A stretch of DNA of 64,000 bases, taken from assembly GCF_050920415.1 (NCBI RefSeq), contig NZ_CP169309.1. One strand, written 5' to 3'. This DNA is from Escherichia coli (GTDB lineage: Bacteria > Pseudomonadota > Gammaproteobacteria > Enterobacterales > Enterobacteriaceae). A program made the translations under genes and the position numbers. Below the pieces are notes generated by a model that was given only the letters and a program-made list of their open reading frames with translations, did not search any database and was not told the DNA's origin. Shown piece after piece: positions 61,248-64,000 of this stretch (position 1 is its first letter; the number at the start of each line of letters is the position of its first letter).

Positions 61248-61673
61248 TCACTCCACCAGCAATAATTTATAAAGCGGTTGATTCTCTTCAACCAAATCGG
61301 CAAGCGTGTAGTTATCCAGTTCCGTAAGAAAACTTTGCACGGCCTTAGAAAGTGCCTGTTTCAACCGACAGGCAGGTGTAATGTGGCAAAACTCACTGCT
61401 GCAATTCACCAGCGATAAGGGCTCCAGCTCGCGCACCACATCACCAATACGTATCGCACTCGCCGGTTTACCCAGACGAATGCCGCCATTTTTTCCACGA
61501 ACAGCAGTCACGTAGCCGGCACGACTAAGTTGATTGATTATTTTGACCATATGATTACGGGAGACGCCGTAGACGTCAGTCACTTCAGAAATACTGGTCA
61601 TCCGCCCTTCTGGCAATGACGCCATGTAGATCAGCGCACGTAATCCGTAATCAGTGAAACTCGTTAACTGCAC
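61248..61673 (-). CDS. nsrR: Nitric-oxide-sensing Rrf2-family repressor NsrR
   Basis: 141 aa ORF (GTG start) [31 protein letters not shown]... with a C-x6-C-x5-C cluster ligand motif. Confidence 0.93.
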
Positions 61674-61877
61674 ATCAACCTCAAAAGGGAAAGCGGGAAA
61701 AAATACATTTATATTGATGATAAACCAGCCACAAGCTGTGTCGCTAATTTATTTCAGTTCGGGGAAGGAAAAAAGCGAGGATTTAACACTGTGTCGGATA
61801 GCATAATGGCTAACCCGACACAGCAATGTATCACACTGTTAGCCCGGCAGGCAAAATATCTGCCAGGCGTACCAGAA

Positions 61878-63179
<1,302 letters not shown>

Positions 63180-63279
63180 TCAAAATCACCGTTTGCTTAA
63201 AAATGGATTCTACCATCGCTTTTTCAGAGTTACAGCACTTTTTGCACTCAAAAATGACCTCGATCAGTCTGTTTTTTGT

Positions 63280-63477
63280 TCAGCCAATCGTTTTCCTCAA
63301 CATGTAGTAGACCACAACGCCCGCAACCACAAGTCCACCGCCAAAACGACGTAAAATATTATCGGGCAAATTGGTCATCGCAGCGATCATCTTCTTCCAT
63401 GCCTTCGGGTAAAGCATCGGCCCTAAACCTTCCAGCACCAAAACCAGGGCAAGCGCCAGCCAGATTGTCGAATTCAT
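63280..63477 (-). CDS. yjeT: DUF2065 small membrane protein YjeT
   Basis: 65 aa ORF MNSTIWLALALVLVLEGLGPMLYPKAWKKMIAAM...; between hflC and purA. Confidence 0.88.
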   Translation of the reverse strand: MNSTIWLALALVLVLEGLGPMLYPKAWKKMIAAMTNLPDNILRRFGGGLVVAGVVVYYMLRKTIG

Positions 63478-63558
63478 TCATTATCCTTATAGAAAAAGAA
63501 AACCACCGACATCCCTGAGGATGCGGTGGCTTTATTGACCTGTACCGCAGTCGTTATA

Positions 63559-64000
63559 TTAACGCGTTGCGGAAGTCGGCGTCTTCATGTAGCGGAAGAA
63601 ATCGCTGTCCGGGCTCATGACCATCACGTCCTGATTGCCGGAGAAGCTGTTCTCATAAGCACGCAGGCTACGGATGAATGCGTAGAAGTCCGGATCTTTA
63701 CTGAATGCATCAGCAAACAGTTTAGCTGCTTCTGCATCGCCTTCACCACGCATGATGCGGCCCTGACGCTCAGCTTCTGCCAACGTTCTGGTCACTTCAT
63801 AGTCGGCAGTCGCGCGCAGTTTTTCCGCTTCTTCCTGACCTTGTGAACGGTGACGACGTGCTACCGCTTCACGCTCGGCGCGCATACGGTTGTAGATCGC
63901 TTCAGACACCTCGGTCGGCAGGTTGATCTGCTTGATACGCACATCGACAACTTCAATACCCAGCGCCGCCATACTGTTCGGGTTGATGACCGGTACTTTA
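63559..64000 (-). CDS. hflC: Modulator of FtsH protease HflC, 3' portion; 5' end lies beyond the right edge
   Basis: Reverse-strand frame ending ...FFRYMKTPTSATR at 63559 with no in-window start; band-7/SPFH sequence upstream of yjeT-purA. Confidence 0.88.
   Translation of the reverse strand, partial: KVPVINPNSMAALGIEVVDVRIKQINLPTEVSEAIYNRMRAEREAVARRHRSQGQEEAEKLRATADYEVTRTLAEAERQGRIMRGEGDAEAAKLFADAFSKDPDFYAFIRSLRAYENSFSGNQDVMVMSPDSDFFRYMKTPTSATR

Overview
The window reads as an Escherichia coli-type chromosomal segment, in reverse orientation to the usual K-12 map, running from pmbA (5' part, left edge) to hflC (3' part, right edge). Gene names are assigned by recognising the translated ORFs from memory; no database search was run. 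Most of the window is conserved core: yjgA, mpl, fbp, the ytfQRT-yjfF galactofuranose ABC transporter, ppa, ytfP, tamBA, msrA, ytfL/K/J/I, cysQ, cpdB, ytfH/G/F/E, cycA, fklB, ytfB, rplI-rpsR-priB-rpsF, yjfY, the ulaABCDEF/ulaG/ulaR ascorbate locus, yjfP, bsmA, yjfN, aidB, the yjfC-yjfI operon, rlmB-rnr-nsrR, purA and yjeT. Two regions depart from the K-12 gene order as I remember it. The first is a ~9.8 kb islet between ytfB and rplI (30382-40240): a divergent TetR-family regulator plus a tightly packed 8-gene operon encoding an SDR oxidoreductase, a TIM-barrel isomerase/epimerase, a crotonase, a fused family-I CoA-transferase, a large FrdA/NadB-like flavoprotein and a TRAP transporter; its substrate is not evident and it is the best candidate for an undescribed system. 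The second is a 2TM potassium-channel-like gene with an RCK-type domain (55541-56611), embedded between the PspA-like yjfJ and yjfK with overlapping stop/start codons on both sides. The chpS-chpB toxin-antitoxin pair expected between ppa and ytfP is absent. No rRNA, tRNA, CRISPR array, integrase or transposase was recognised. Non-coding calls include several REP clusters, hairpin terminators, and an NsrR operator in front of ytfE. Core-gene starts were moved off the ORF-track upstream extensions where an internal ATG with a Shine-Dalgarno gave the remembered protein length.
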